Below, in pieces: positions 50,307-61,110 of a stretch of 64,000 nucleotides of DNA; positions within the stretch are counted from its first letter, which is position 1, and each line of letters opens with the position of its first letter. The DNA lies in NCBI GenBank assembly GCA_012729335.1, contig JAAYDJ010000038.1, positions 11,887 through 75,886 on the forward strand, read 5' to 3'. Made by a program: the position numbers and the translations under genes. Source of the stretch: Bacteroidales bacterium. GTDB taxonomy: Bacteria; Bacteroidota; Bacteroidia; Bacteroidales; Prolixibacteraceae. The notes beneath the pieces are model-generated. The model was not told where the DNA came from and searched no databases. It saw only the letters and a program-made list of their open reading frames with translations.

Positions 50307-50879
50307 TCAGCAACCGCAACCCGATCCGCAGCCCGAACCACAGCCGTCGCTGTCGTCGCCGCCGCAACATCCCGAACTGCAACCTCCGCCGCAGCCTCCC
50401 GAGAAAGCTTCCACCACCTCCTGATCGGTGGCTTCCCTGACTTCCACCACCTGCCCACGGAAGAAAAGATCCTCCCCGGCCAGAGGATGGTTAAAATCCA
50501 TCCGCACACTGGCGTCATTCACCTCCAGAACAATGCCGTTCAACCGCTGACCGTCACCGCTCATCATGGGTATGGAATTCCCGACCTTCACAAAATCGGG
50601 ATCAAAACTCCCGTTTACCAGAAAAATATCTTTGGGCAAATCCACAATGGCATCCTCATTGACCGCACCATAGGCGTCAAGATGATTCAGCTTTATCTCA
50701 AATCCATCGCCGGTCGTGAGACCCGACAATCCCTCCTCAAATTTGGGCAGCATCATACCCGCCCCGTACAGGAACTTCAACGGACGTTCGGCAGTGGCCT
50801 GCTCTATCATTTCTCCTTCATGATCATCGATCATCAGATCATAAGTGACCGTGACCATTTTATTTTTTGCTACTTCCAT
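50307..50879 (-). CDS. slyD: FKBP-type peptidyl-prolyl isomerase SlyD with Cys/Gly-rich C-terminal tail
   Basis: MEVAKNKMVTVTYDLMIDD..., the IF-domain insert, and FNHPLAGEDLFF. The tail is GGCGGGCSSGCCGGDDSDGCGSGCGSGCGC. Confidence 0.85.
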   Translation of the reverse strand: MEVAKNKMVTVTYDLMIDDHEGEMIEQATAERPLKFLYGAGMMLPKFEEGLSGLTTGDGFEIKLNHLDAYGAVNEDAIVDLPKDIFLVNGSFDPDFVKVGNSIPMMSGDGQRLNGIVLEVNDASVRMDFNHPLAGEDLFFRGQVVEVREATDQEVVEAFSGGCGGGCSSGCCGGDDSDGCGSGCGSGCGC

Positions 50880-51074
50880 TCTTTTTTTATTTATCCATGC
50901 AATATAAACCATCTTTTTTCCCGGAGTATTCTCCGTGCTACGCACTGATTTCATTGATAACGCAGATTTAACAATCGTTTGCATTAAATCGGGCGATATT
51001 TTTAAAGAGTGGCGCCAAACGGCTCATTCAGGCCGGAATAGATGGGAGACGGACAGTAAATTATATGACAAATA

Positions 51075-52055
51075 TCATCGTTTTCCCACCCGGACCATTT
51101 TGATCAGGTGATGGTTTTCGCCCAGGGTATAACGAAGTATGGCGACGCCTGGGGAGAGGTCTGCCGCAGGGGTGACAAGGGTTTTGTTTCCGATGGAAGT
51201 GGTGCGCACGGGTATAGAGCGGCCAGAGGCTTCCGTCAGGGTCACCGCTTTGGGGCGTTCTCCAGAATTACCGGGATGGTCAATGTAAAAATGGGTGGTG
51301 AAGGGATTGGGATAGATGGCGGGCACATCGGACTTCCGGGGAATGTGAAGGGCCACCTGCCGGTCGTTGATCTGGTCGAGGCAGAAATAGCCCGGGGTGT
51401 TCATGCCGTATGGTCCTGTGTCGGAGGATTCGAGGGCGAACCGCAGATGGGCCACCTCACCCAGGGAAGTCAGGTCCACCCATTTCCACTCCTTCAGGAT
51501 AAAGTCTTCCCGGGAGTCTTCCGCGCGGAAATCGGCCAGGTAAAAAAGAATGGTGCCCGTGGTGTCGCCTCCGGCACCAATGCCGGTGATCCTGACCCTG
51601 AAATAGTCGGGATCCGTCCCCGTCGACCCCCCGAATTTTTTGGCATAGGCATCGCCATCGCGCATGGACAGGTATGCATACGTAGTGTTGGTCAGATGCA
51701 TGCCCTCAAAACGAAGGGGCTGTTCAGGGGTGATCCTGATGTTTCCAAAGTCAAAGGCCACGGCGAAATTGCCCGAACCGCCATACCCTCCTCCGGCTAT
51801 GGAACTATACTGGTTGGCGAAACCCCGCGTAAGGGTATCCTTATGGTTGGTACAGGCAAAACCGTTCCAGCTGCTCCACTCGGCATTGTAACTGTTGTGG
51901 AAGGTCATTCCACCGCTGCGGAAAAAACCACTCTGATCGGAACCGTTCCACACCCCCGATGCGGGAAGGATCACATCCTCAAAATGAACGGGAGACTGAG
52001 CCAACAGGCTGCTGCTCACCATCACAAGTAACATTGAAAAGTAAAATCTAATCAT
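51075..52055 (-). CDS. DUF4465-like secreted protein with T9SS C-terminal sorting domain
   Basis: Signal peptide present. WNGSDQSGFF...WSSWNGFACTNHKD...NQYSSIAGGGYGGSGNFAV...FYLADFR...GMNTPGYFCLD matches my recollection of DUF4465. The C-terminal IYPNPFTTHFYID...ILRYTLGENHHLIKMVRVGKR is a T9SS CTD. Confidence 0.7.
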   Translation of the reverse strand: MIRFYFSMLLVMVSSSLLAQSPVHFEDVILPASGVWNGSDQSGFFRSGGMTFHNSYNAEWSSWNGFACTNHKDTLTRGFANQYSSIAGGGYGGSGNFAVAFDFGNIRITPEQPLRFEGMHLTNTTYAYLSMRDGDAYAKKFGGSTGTDPDYFRVRITGIGAGGDTTGTILFYLADFRAEDSREDFILKEWKWVDLTSLGEVAHLRFALESSDTGPYGMNTPGYFCLDQINDRQVALHIPRKSDVPAIYPNPFTTHFYIDHPGNSGERPKAVTLTEASGRSIPVRTTSIGNKTLVTPAADLSPGVAILRYTLGENHHLIKMVRVGKR

Positions 52056-52115
52056 TTCTCAATTATTTAAATTAAACATGAATGCGTTCGTTCTGAAATG
52101 AAGGTCAGTCTGAAA

Positions 52116-53267
52116 TCAACGAAACAGGAAATCCCCGGGGTTGATACCTACCCTGAAGCTGTCGGCAGGGGTTCCTCCGGGCGAGAAGCGGTAAACCATG
52201 CCGTTCTGGGCATAGTCGATGGCATCGGCCAGGTAGATTTCCCCTGTGCGGGGGTCGATACCGGCGTTATAATAGGTCCGGTGGCCACCGCGGATATGCG
52301 GCAATAAGGGGAATTTCCTGTCGAGGACCGACATTTTATAGAGGTCGCCGGCCAGGATATAGAGGGAGTCGCCCGCGGGTGAGAGATGGAGGTCACCGGG
52401 TTTATCACTGCCGGCGTTCCAGCGAAAGATCTGCTCCACGGTGCGTGTGGTGGGGTCAATGCGCACCAATGCGGGTTCCTCAGCTCCTCCTTCTGCGCCG
52501 CCATAACTGCCCCCGGTGAGCACCCACAGGCGCGAACGGCCGTCGGCGACGATTCGCCCCGGCTGGGCCGGTACCGTCAGCGAATCCACGACAGTGGCCG
52601 TCACCGCATCCAATACCATTACTTTATTGTCGTAAGACCAACAGGTCACAAAAATGTCGTTTCCCACATGGGCAAACTGCTCGGTAGGATGGCCGGCTGC
52701 TCCTGCAGGCCCCCCGGGTAAGGGAATAAATCCCTTCTTCCTGAGGCTGCCGGGATGAAACACAGTGATCCCACCGGCATGCAGATCGCTGACCCATAGC
52801 GTTGTATCGTCAACCTGATGAAGGTACCGTGGCGAGGTGAGGCCCGTCACGGCTCCCTTGAAAGCCAGGCTCTCCGGATCCAGGGCCACCACCTTTCCTG
52901 AATTATTGACCACGATAAAAAGGCTCTTACCATCGCAGAATAGCGATTGGGGAACATCCCCCAGGGGGGCATGGTTCCGGGCGAAGAAGAGCTGATTGTA
53001 TACCTCTCCCTTCTCGCGGTCGTAAAATGACAGCGATCCGTTGCCATACATGTAGTTGCCCTCACAGGATATGAAAACGCCGCTGGCCCCTTCCAGGGAA
53101 CGGTAGACCACCTCTACGGGAAGCTCTTCGCACCCCGGGAGAAGTATTCCCGGCAGACAAGGGACCAGTAACCACAGAGCGGCCTTGAAGAGTCTGCGCA
53201 GGTCCCTTTTCCCGGAAGGAAACCACCCTTTTCGGCACATAGTTGTTATATAGCTGCAGTCATTCAT
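52116..53267 (-). CDS. Beta-propeller surface lipoprotein (YncE/DUF5074-like)
   Basis: Possible lipobox ILLPGC. Repeated propeller blades (LFIVVNNSGKVVALD, LWVSDLHAGGITVF, IFVTCWSYDNKVMVLD, LWVLTGG, LYILAGDLYKM, IYLADAIDY). ATG 53267 overlaps the receptor stop (ATGA). Alternative start 53240. Confidence 0.7.
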   Translation of the reverse strand: MNDCSYITTMCRKGWFPSGKRDLRRLFKAALWLLVPCLPGILLPGCEELPVEVVYRSLEGASGVFISCEGNYMYGNGSLSFYDREKGEVYNQLFFARNHAPLGDVPQSLFCDGKSLFIVVNNSGKVVALDPESLAFKGAVTGLTSPRYLHQVDDTTLWVSDLHAGGITVFHPGSLRKKGFIPLPGGPAGAAGHPTEQFAHVGNDIFVTCWSYDNKVMVLDAVTATVVDSLTVPAQPGRIVADGRSRLWVLTGGSYGGAEGGAEEPALVRIDPTTRTVEQIFRWNAGSDKPGDLHLSPAGDSLYILAGDLYKMSVLDRKFPLLPHIRGGHRTYYNAGIDPRTGEIYLADAIDYAQNGMVYRFSPGGTPADSFRVGINPGDFLFR

Positions 53268-55456
53268 GGTTTCAAGGCTGCTGAAAGGGTAACCGAATAA
53301 TGGCGGCCCGGCATGGGGCGCCAAAGGATTTGCTGGTAGCGCACACCGGCAATATTTTCAACTTTTACTTTCACTCCGAAATGGTGATGTGCAGTATCAA
53401 AATGTTTTATCAACGAAAGGTCAAGCAACCAAAAGGGGTTGAGGCGGCTTTCGAACCAGCTCCATTCGTTGGAGGAGCGGGTGTATCGCCGGCCGGTGTA
53501 ACCCAGGTCAGACTGTAGGCTCCACCCCTGGCGGGAGAGCGTGCCATGGAGGTTACCCGCATGCAGCGGTATATAAATAAGCTGTTTTCCGCGCGATTGA
53601 TCGACCGAGCTGACCGCATTCTGGTTGGTCGTGCGAGTCAGGGCATAATTACCTGAAAGAATGAAGTTCCAGGGTTCGTAATTCAAGGAAAAGGTGAAGT
53701 CATATTCCACGCCGCGGGAAAGGACATCTCTCAGGTTGGAGGCTTCCCAATACCAGGCGCCGTTGGCCGCCGGCTGCCAGATGATCCAGTTATGGATATC
53801 GGAAAGGAAGAAGGAGGCTTCGTGCCGGAAGGCCCACTTCTTCCGGTGGTAGGCCGATGCCCAGGAGAGCTCTCCGGAGAGGCCTTTTTCAGGTTGAAGG
53901 TCGGGGTTGCCTCCGGGAATCCAATACAGGTCGTTCATGGAAGGTTTGTGGAAGTTGCCGCTGAGGTTGGCTTTCAGCCAGGCCTGCCGGCGGGGAGTCA
54001 CCTGCCATTCGGCTCCCAACGCGGGAATAACGGGAATCCAACGATGGTCATAGATCTCTGAACGGGTGAGCACAAAAAAACCGGTTCGGGGGGTGGGCTT
54101 GTACCATACATGCACTAAAAGTCCCACTTCATTTCTGGCTTTCCGGTACCCCTCATCCCGTGCCTGATTGGAAGCCTCCACCTGGTGCCGGGTGGCGTCC
54201 AGGCTCCCCGAGAGGGTGAGCCCTGATGCCAATTCCCGGGTGATATTCAAGCTGTTGTGCCAGCTCAACTCCTGGTTATGGGCATCATCGATGACCCAAC
54301 CGGTATCCATGGCCTTGCGGAAGTAGCGCATGACCGACCCGTTAAGGCCACTGCGGAAGGTCAGTCGGGTCCCCGGCCCATACCGCTTCAACTCCAACTG
54401 GAGCCGCCACTGGTTATCTATCTGATTTTCCTCTCTTTCTCCCCCCTCGTATGACATCAACTGGGGCAGGTCGCGTTCTCCCTGCTGGAACCAGCCCCGC
54501 AGGGCGGCCGTCATCTCCCCCGGGGTGCGAAGGTAGATTTCCTGCAGGAGGCCGCTACGGTGGTAGCCCCCATTGCGGAGGGTGTCCTTTCTGAAGGGGA
54601 TGACGCCGACATTGTAAAAGGGGAAATCGTTATGGGAGGCGTCGTAGAAGAGTCGGGTGACCGACTGCCAGCGGAAGGCCGGCGTCGCGGGCTCCGGGAC
54701 AGGAGCGTTTGCGGGGGTCATGGCGGAATCCCTGGTGGCGGCAGGGATAACGGAAGATTCTGAGGTAGCAGGGGTGGCATGGTCTGCAGAAGATCCGGAG
54801 GAGGCAGGCGTGGCATGGTCTGCAAAAGATCCGGAGGTGGCAGGGGTGGCATGGTCTGCGAAAGATCCGGAGGTGGCAGGGGTGGTATGGTTCGCGGAGG
54901 AGCGGGTTGCAGGCCGGGAGCCTGTTCTGAGTCCGGCCATGAGTCGCCACGAGCCGAAGGAGCCTCTTTCGGTGATGGCGGTCAACTGCGAGGTCTCCTC
55001 CCATTGGGGTTTGTTCTCAAGGTGAATGGCTCCTCCCAGTGCACCGGAGCCCTCGCTCAGGGAGCTGCCGCCATGCAGGAGGGTCACCTCGTCGGTGAAG
55101 AATACAGGCAGCAGCGAAAGGTCGGCGATCCCGGCCATGGGGCTGTTCAGGGTCATGCCGTTCCAGAGGATCTGGGTATGGGAGGCCGCTGTGCCGCGGA
55201 AACTGGCCGTCGCCTGGGAACCGCGGCCGTAACTTTTTATGAAGACCGGGGAGTGAAGGGCCAGCAGGTCGGCCAGGGAAGTGGTCAGCCGGGCGGCCAT
55301 GGCCAGGCTGTCGGGGCGCGAAACCTTCATGCCGGTCTCCCCGGAGCGCCGACGCCCGAAAACCTCCACCTCCGCGATATGCAGGGTATCCCCCAGCGTC
55401 TGGGCAGGAAGAAGTTCAGGCAGCCACAACAGACTCAAAAGCAACCAAAACCTCAT
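53264..55456 (-). CDS. btuB: TonB-dependent receptor, BtuB-like by context
   Basis: Signal peptide. Plug domain (VEVFGRR..., SFRGTAASHTQILWNGMTLNSP). The 22-strand-type barrel ends YSVTLSAALKP. It is under a cobalamin riboswitch. The ATG overlaps the upstream gene's stop (ATGA). Confidence 0.8.
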   Translation of the reverse strand: MRFWLLLSLLWLPELLPAQTLGDTLHIAEVEVFGRRRSGETGMKVSRPDSLAMAARLTTSLADLLALHSPVFIKSYGRGSQATASFRGTAASHTQILWNGMTLNSPMAGIADLSLLPVFFTDEVTLLHGGSSLSEGSGALGGAIHLENKPQWEETSQLTAITERGSFGSWRLMAGLRTGSRPATRSSANHTTPATSGSFADHATPATSGSFADHATPASSGSSADHATPATSESSVIPAATRDSAMTPANAPVPEPATPAFRWQSVTRLFYDASHNDFPFYNVGVIPFRKDTLRNGGYHRSGLLQEIYLRTPGEMTAALRGWFQQGERDLPQLMSYEGGEREENQIDNQWRLQLELKRYGPGTRLTFRSGLNGSVMRYFRKAMDTGWVIDDAHNQELSWHNSLNITRELASGLTLSGSLDATRHQVEASNQARDEGYRKARNEVGLLVHVWYKPTPRTGFFVLTRSEIYDHRWIPVIPALGAEWQVTPRRQAWLKANLSGNFHKPSMNDLYWIPGGNPDLQPEKGLSGELSWASAYHRKKWAFRHEASFFLSDIHNWIIWQPAANGAWYWEASNLRDVLSRGVEYDFTFSLNYEPWNFILSGNYALTRTTNQNAVSSVDQSRGKQLIYIPLHAGNLHGTLSRQGWSLQSDLGYTGRRYTRSSNEWSWFESRLNPFWLLDLSLIKHFDTAHHHFGVKVKVENIAGVRYQQILWRPMPGRHYSVTLSAALKP
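54768..54911. repeat. 36-bp in-frame tandem repeat (4 copies) inside the TonB-dependent receptor gene
   Basis: Units at 54768-54803, 54804-54839, 54840-54875 and 54876-54911 (degenerate). They encode ADHATPATSGSF-type repeats. Confidence 0.9.
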
Positions 55457-57828
55457 TTCTTCACGAGTTTTGTCCGCAGAAAACTCTGGGTTCCCAGGAC
55501 TTCTACCACATAGGTTCCCGCAGGCAGATCCCCTGCCGGAACCAGGGTCTCAGGGCCTTCGCAAATCTGTTCCCGCAGGGTCCTCCCCCACAGATCACAA
55601 ACCCTCACCCTGCAGGGTTCTCCCGTCCGGGAGTGCACCCGGAAAGCCGAAGGGAACGGATTGGGCCAGACCCGCAAAACCTCAGAAGAGGTGATTTCTG
55701 CCGGGGTAACGGCGGCCGGTGTGATGAGCACCGCATTCAATCCCGACCAGAGCACAAGCGGCGGCATGGTGGGGACCACCACCCGGGTTTTCCCCTGCAG
55801 ATCGGTGAAGGCCACGCTTTTTCCCAGCTCCCTGAAGGCTACCGCCTGATTGGAAAGTGCCCTCCGCTCGCCTTCCGAAATCTCTCCCGAGGCTTCAGAC
55901 ACACATCTTACTTCTGTGGCCGTGACCTCCAGTTCGTCTCCCGTTTTGGCTACTGAAGGCATTGAATTGAGAATAGACAACCACCATTCCTCCTGAATAT
56001 TATCGACATGGTACAAGATAAGGGTGTCGCCATCCGCGACATTCCGGAGGTGCCAGTTGTCCAAATAATGGGAGTTATTTTTGCGGAAGATCCAGGCGCG
56101 GGCGAAAGGCAGAGGATCTATTTTGCCGCCCCATCCGTAGGTAAAGAGGCCCTCCTTTTCGACGGAATAGAGGTAGAGTCCCTGTGCGTTGTCGGGTTCT
56201 TCCCGGAAAAGGAAAGGGGTTCCGGCGCGGGTAAGGATAGCGGAGGCGGCCTGTGCCAGGGTAATGAAAGCCGGCTGGCTGTAATCGCCCTTCCGGTTTT
56301 CCACGTGGTCGTTGACAGAATGGGCGGGGATGGTGATCCACTGGGCAGGGAAAAGGTTCTCATCGGAGGATTGGGCCGAGGCAAAGACTCTGACGGCCGC
56401 AGGGGCTTTTGTCACCGACAGGGTGAAGGAGCGGCTGAAGCCGGCAAAACGGGCTGAAGTGAGGAGCAGGCTTGTCTCCCCGGGTACCAGGGGGGTCAGC
56501 TCAAAGCCTTCCCCAGCGGGGTTCACGGCCGCCACCCCGGGATCCTCCACGGTGACCCGCCAGGCGGTACCTGTGATTTCGTCTCCGAATTGGTCAAGGA
56601 GTTCTGGATAGAAAAGACATTTTTCACCAGCGGTCAGCTGGGGATTAAAATCCCGGAGGTGCAGGTCACGGGGTTCCCTGACGGTAACCAGGGTACGGGC
56701 TACACAGGAGGCTGTCACCGCAGGCCGGGCTTCCACGGTGATCTCTCCCCCCCGGAGGGCCCGAAAGAGACCCCCGGGGGTCACCCATCCCTCTCCGGAA
56801 CCCTCTGCCACCGTAAAAGAGACCTCCTCCGGGGAAATCCTTCCCCGCACAAAATGGGCGGCATAAAGAAAGAGGCTGTCGCCCTGCAGCAATGCCTCCC
56901 GGTGGGGATGGATCACCGTCACCTGGTCGGGACCGCTCTTCCCTGTGGGGGCAGTGGCCACCACCCCGCCAATCTCGGGACTGATTTCCCCCAGGAGGGA
57001 GGTCACTGCCAGTACGCCGGTCACCACCCTGATAAAATCGATCTGGTCCAGGTCCACATATTTTCCCTCCGGGTCAATGGCCCAGGAGATGTCGAAGGGG
57101 TCTCCTCCGGCTCCTTCCATGATATCCGGGGTATAGGGGTTGTCGGGGTCGGTGAGGTCACCGGTGCGGTTCCAGGCGCGGTTGTCGGCATAGCCGAAGC
57201 CTGCGGAGGGAATCCTGATCAGACCGTGTGATTCTGATGGCATTAAGGGAATAAGTGTCCCCTCGAGGGTCACCGAATCAATGGGGTAATCCGGGAAGAT
57301 CTCAGGCTGCGGATAATATGGCTGGCTATGGAAGCTGTTCTGCCGGAGGAGTCCCGAGGAGAGTCCGTCGCTCCAACGCACCGATCCATCGCCGAGAGGC
57401 GCCCAGGTGATCCGGTAGCCACGTATCACTTCCGGATGAAAGGAGGAACTCCCCGCCAGTTCATACCAGGTATCGTCGGGAAGTCCATTGCCGTTGCTGT
57501 CTTTCATGACCCACACCACACCGGGCTCCGAAGATCCGTCGAAGGCATTCCCGTAGAGGGTAAAATCGATGCCGTAGGGATTCCGGGGATCATTGACCAC
57601 CGGTTTTTCAAAACCTAAAATGAGAGATCCGCCAAAGGAACCCAGGGAGACCAGATGGCCGTCACCAGTGGTGATGCGCTGCGCGGCTTCAGGGGTACCC
57701 AGAAGGTCGTTGTTGATGAATTGGCCGGGCGCCGGGTGATAACCCAAAACCCTGACCGCCCTGTTCTGTGGCACCGCCTGAAAATGACAGATCCACAAGA
57801 ACGCTACTAAAGACAATACTTTTTTCAT
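55453..57828 (-). CDS. Large uncharacterised surface protein with T9SS C-terminal sorting domain; first gene of the riboswitch-controlled operon
   Basis: Signal peptide MKKVLSLVAFLWICHFQA. The central region looks like Ig-like (Big_2-type) beta domains. C-terminal VWPNPFPSAFRV...GTYVVEVLGTQSFLRTKLVKK is a T9SS CTD. Confidence 0.75.
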   Translation of the reverse strand: MKKVLSLVAFLWICHFQAVPQNRAVRVLGYHPAPGQFINNDLLGTPEAAQRITTGDGHLVSLGSFGGSLILGFEKPVVNDPRNPYGIDFTLYGNAFDGSSEPGVVWVMKDSNGNGLPDDTWYELAGSSSFHPEVIRGYRITWAPLGDGSVRWSDGLSSGLLRQNSFHSQPYYPQPEIFPDYPIDSVTLEGTLIPLMPSESHGLIRIPSAGFGYADNRAWNRTGDLTDPDNPYTPDIMEGAGGDPFDISWAIDPEGKYVDLDQIDFIRVVTGVLAVTSLLGEISPEIGGVVATAPTGKSGPDQVTVIHPHREALLQGDSLFLYAAHFVRGRISPEEVSFTVAEGSGEGWVTPGGLFRALRGGEITVEARPAVTASCVARTLVTVREPRDLHLRDFNPQLTAGEKCLFYPELLDQFGDEITGTAWRVTVEDPGVAAVNPAGEGFELTPLVPGETSLLLTSARFAGFSRSFTLSVTKAPAAVRVFASAQSSDENLFPAQWITIPAHSVNDHVENRKGDYSQPAFITLAQAASAILTRAGTPFLFREEPDNAQGLYLYSVEKEGLFTYGWGGKIDPLPFARAWIFRKNNSHYLDNWHLRNVADGDTLILYHVDNIQEEWWLSILNSMPSVAKTGDELEVTATEVRCVSEASGEISEGERRALSNQAVAFRELGKSVAFTDLQGKTRVVVPTMPPLVLWSGLNAVLITPAAVTPAEITSSEVLRVWPNPFPSAFRVHSRTGEPCRVRVCDLWGRTLREQICEGPETLVPAGDLPAGTYVVEVLGTQSFLRTKLVKK

Positions 57829-57911
57829 TCCCCTTTTGTTAAGGCACAAGTCGGGGAAATAAAACGCAGGCTGGATAACCTTCGCTTTTATTCCCGAAAG
57901 CATAATTACAA

Positions 57912-58046
57912 AACGGCAGGTCTTCTGGCTTACCCCGGCTCTCTGCGCCTTCCCGCTCCGGTGGCCCGGAACAGTGGCATCATGCAGCGCCTTAAGGGGA
58001 TTACAGCTGCGGGTACAGCTCCGGATTCACACCGGATTCCCTATTA
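57912..58046 (-). promoter_or_regulatory. Cobalamin (B12) riboswitch aptamer
   Basis: The minus strand reads aauagGGAAUCCGGUGUGAAUCCGGAGCUGUACCCGCAGCUGUAA...GCCACUG...GUAAGCCAGAAGACCUGCCG. This matches the conserved core and B12 box of the cobalamin riboswitch. An expression-platform hairpin follows at about 57853-57896 (gggaauaaaagc / gcguuuuauuuccc). Confidence 0.9.
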
Positions 58047-58076
58047 CTCATCAATGAAATGAACCAGTTTCTGAGG

Positions 58077-58084
58077 CAAAGGTA
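58077..58084 (-). promoter_or_regulatory. TAnnTTTG -7 promoter element upstream of the riboswitch
   Basis: The minus strand reads tacctttg, about 31 nt upstream of the aptamer 5' end. Confidence 0.45.
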
Positions 58085-58131
58085 ACACTAACCCCTGAGC
58101 TTCCCAAACAATGGCAGCCCCTGATCGAAAA

Positions 58132-58139
58132 TATATTTG
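58132..58139 (+). promoter_or_regulatory. TAnnTTTG -7 promoter element upstream of ORF 58213
   Basis: tatatttg, 74 nt upstream of ATG 58213. Confidence 0.35.
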
Positions 58140-58212
58140 GCATATTTGCCGTTTCCCTGTAATTTCGTGGATATTTGAAAACACCAACCACCTTTAATTT
58201 TTTGATGAATCT

Positions 58213-58992
58213 ATGAAAACAATATGGATGCTCACCCTGACCATGCTGGCACTTGGGGCAGCCGGTCAGAACTGGGACGACCAGCGGTCGGCCCTGGAAC
58301 GGAAAATGAACAAGCTCACGGGCAGCGAAGCCATGGTGGCCCCCTCCTATTACCAGGACGCCTCCGTACAGCTCACCCGCTACTCCCACTCCCGGATTGC
58401 CACCATCCAGACATTCGACAACCGCTATGAGGGTACCAAGGGGAGCCCTTACCTCAGTGAGGAGTGGCTCAAAGGCGCCGTGATGGTCTCCGGCGTAGAG
58501 GAACCCCAGGTAGCCCTTCTGAACTACGACTGCCTCAACGACGAGCTCCTGGTCAGATTGGCCGACGGCAATCCCGCCGCCCTCCCCCATGAAAATGTGG
58601 CCTCCTTCCTCCTCTATGATGAACAGAGCCCTGACAAATACCGGTATTTCGTGCCCATCACCCCCCAAAAGGGAGATCCCTATTTCTGCGAAGTGCTATA
58701 CAGCGGGCGCAACATCCTGCTGGTCCACCCCCGGAAAACCTTCAGGAAAGCCGACTACCAGCGGGCCTACAGTCCCGACCGGAAATACGACGAGTACCTC
58801 GATGAAAGCGTTTATTACCTGAAGAGCGAAAACGGAAAGGATTTTGCCAAACTCCGGCTTCAAAAGAAACAGGTCCTGGAGGCGCTTCCCCTTCACCGGC
58901 AAGCCCTGGAGCAATTTGCGGCTGACCGCAACCTGAAGCTGAATACCCCCGGGGAAGTGGTGCAGTTGCTGGCCTGGTACGACTCGTTATAA
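58213..58992 (+). CDS. Hypothetical secreted protein
   Basis: Signal peptide MKTIWMLTLTMLALGAAGQ. 259 aa. No family recognised. Confidence 0.55.
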   Translation: MKTIWMLTLTMLALGAAGQNWDDQRSALERKMNKLTGSEAMVAPSYYQDASVQLTRYSHSRIATIQTFDNRYEGTKGSPYLSEEWLKGAVMVSGVEEPQVALLNYDCLNDELLVRLADGNPAALPHENVASFLLYDEQSPDKYRYFVPITPQKGDPYFCEVLYSGRNILLVHPRKTFRKADYQRAYSPDRKYDEYLDESVYYLKSENGKDFAKLRLQKKQVLEALPLHRQALEQFAADRNLKLNTPGEVVQLLAWYDSL

Positions 58993-58998
58993 CCCTGA

Positions 58999-61065
<2,067 letters not shown>

Positions 61066-61094
61066 AGCCACCATCCAACCTGTCATTCTTTTAT

Positions 61095-61102
61095 TAATTT
61101 TG
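61095..61102 (+). promoter_or_regulatory. TAnnTTTG -7 promoter element upstream of ORF 61111/dapA
   Basis: taattttg, with its G only 9 nt before ATG 61111 (very short leader). Confidence 0.4.
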
Positions 61103-61110
61103 CCCGCCTG

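Noticed and set aside
50307-50400. The GC-rich quasi-periodic DNA at the slyD 3' end as a micro-satellite or CRISPR-like repeat.
   Set aside because: The periodicity simply reflects the repeated Gly-Cys-Ser codons of the metal-binding tail. It has no spacer structure and is in frame with slyD.
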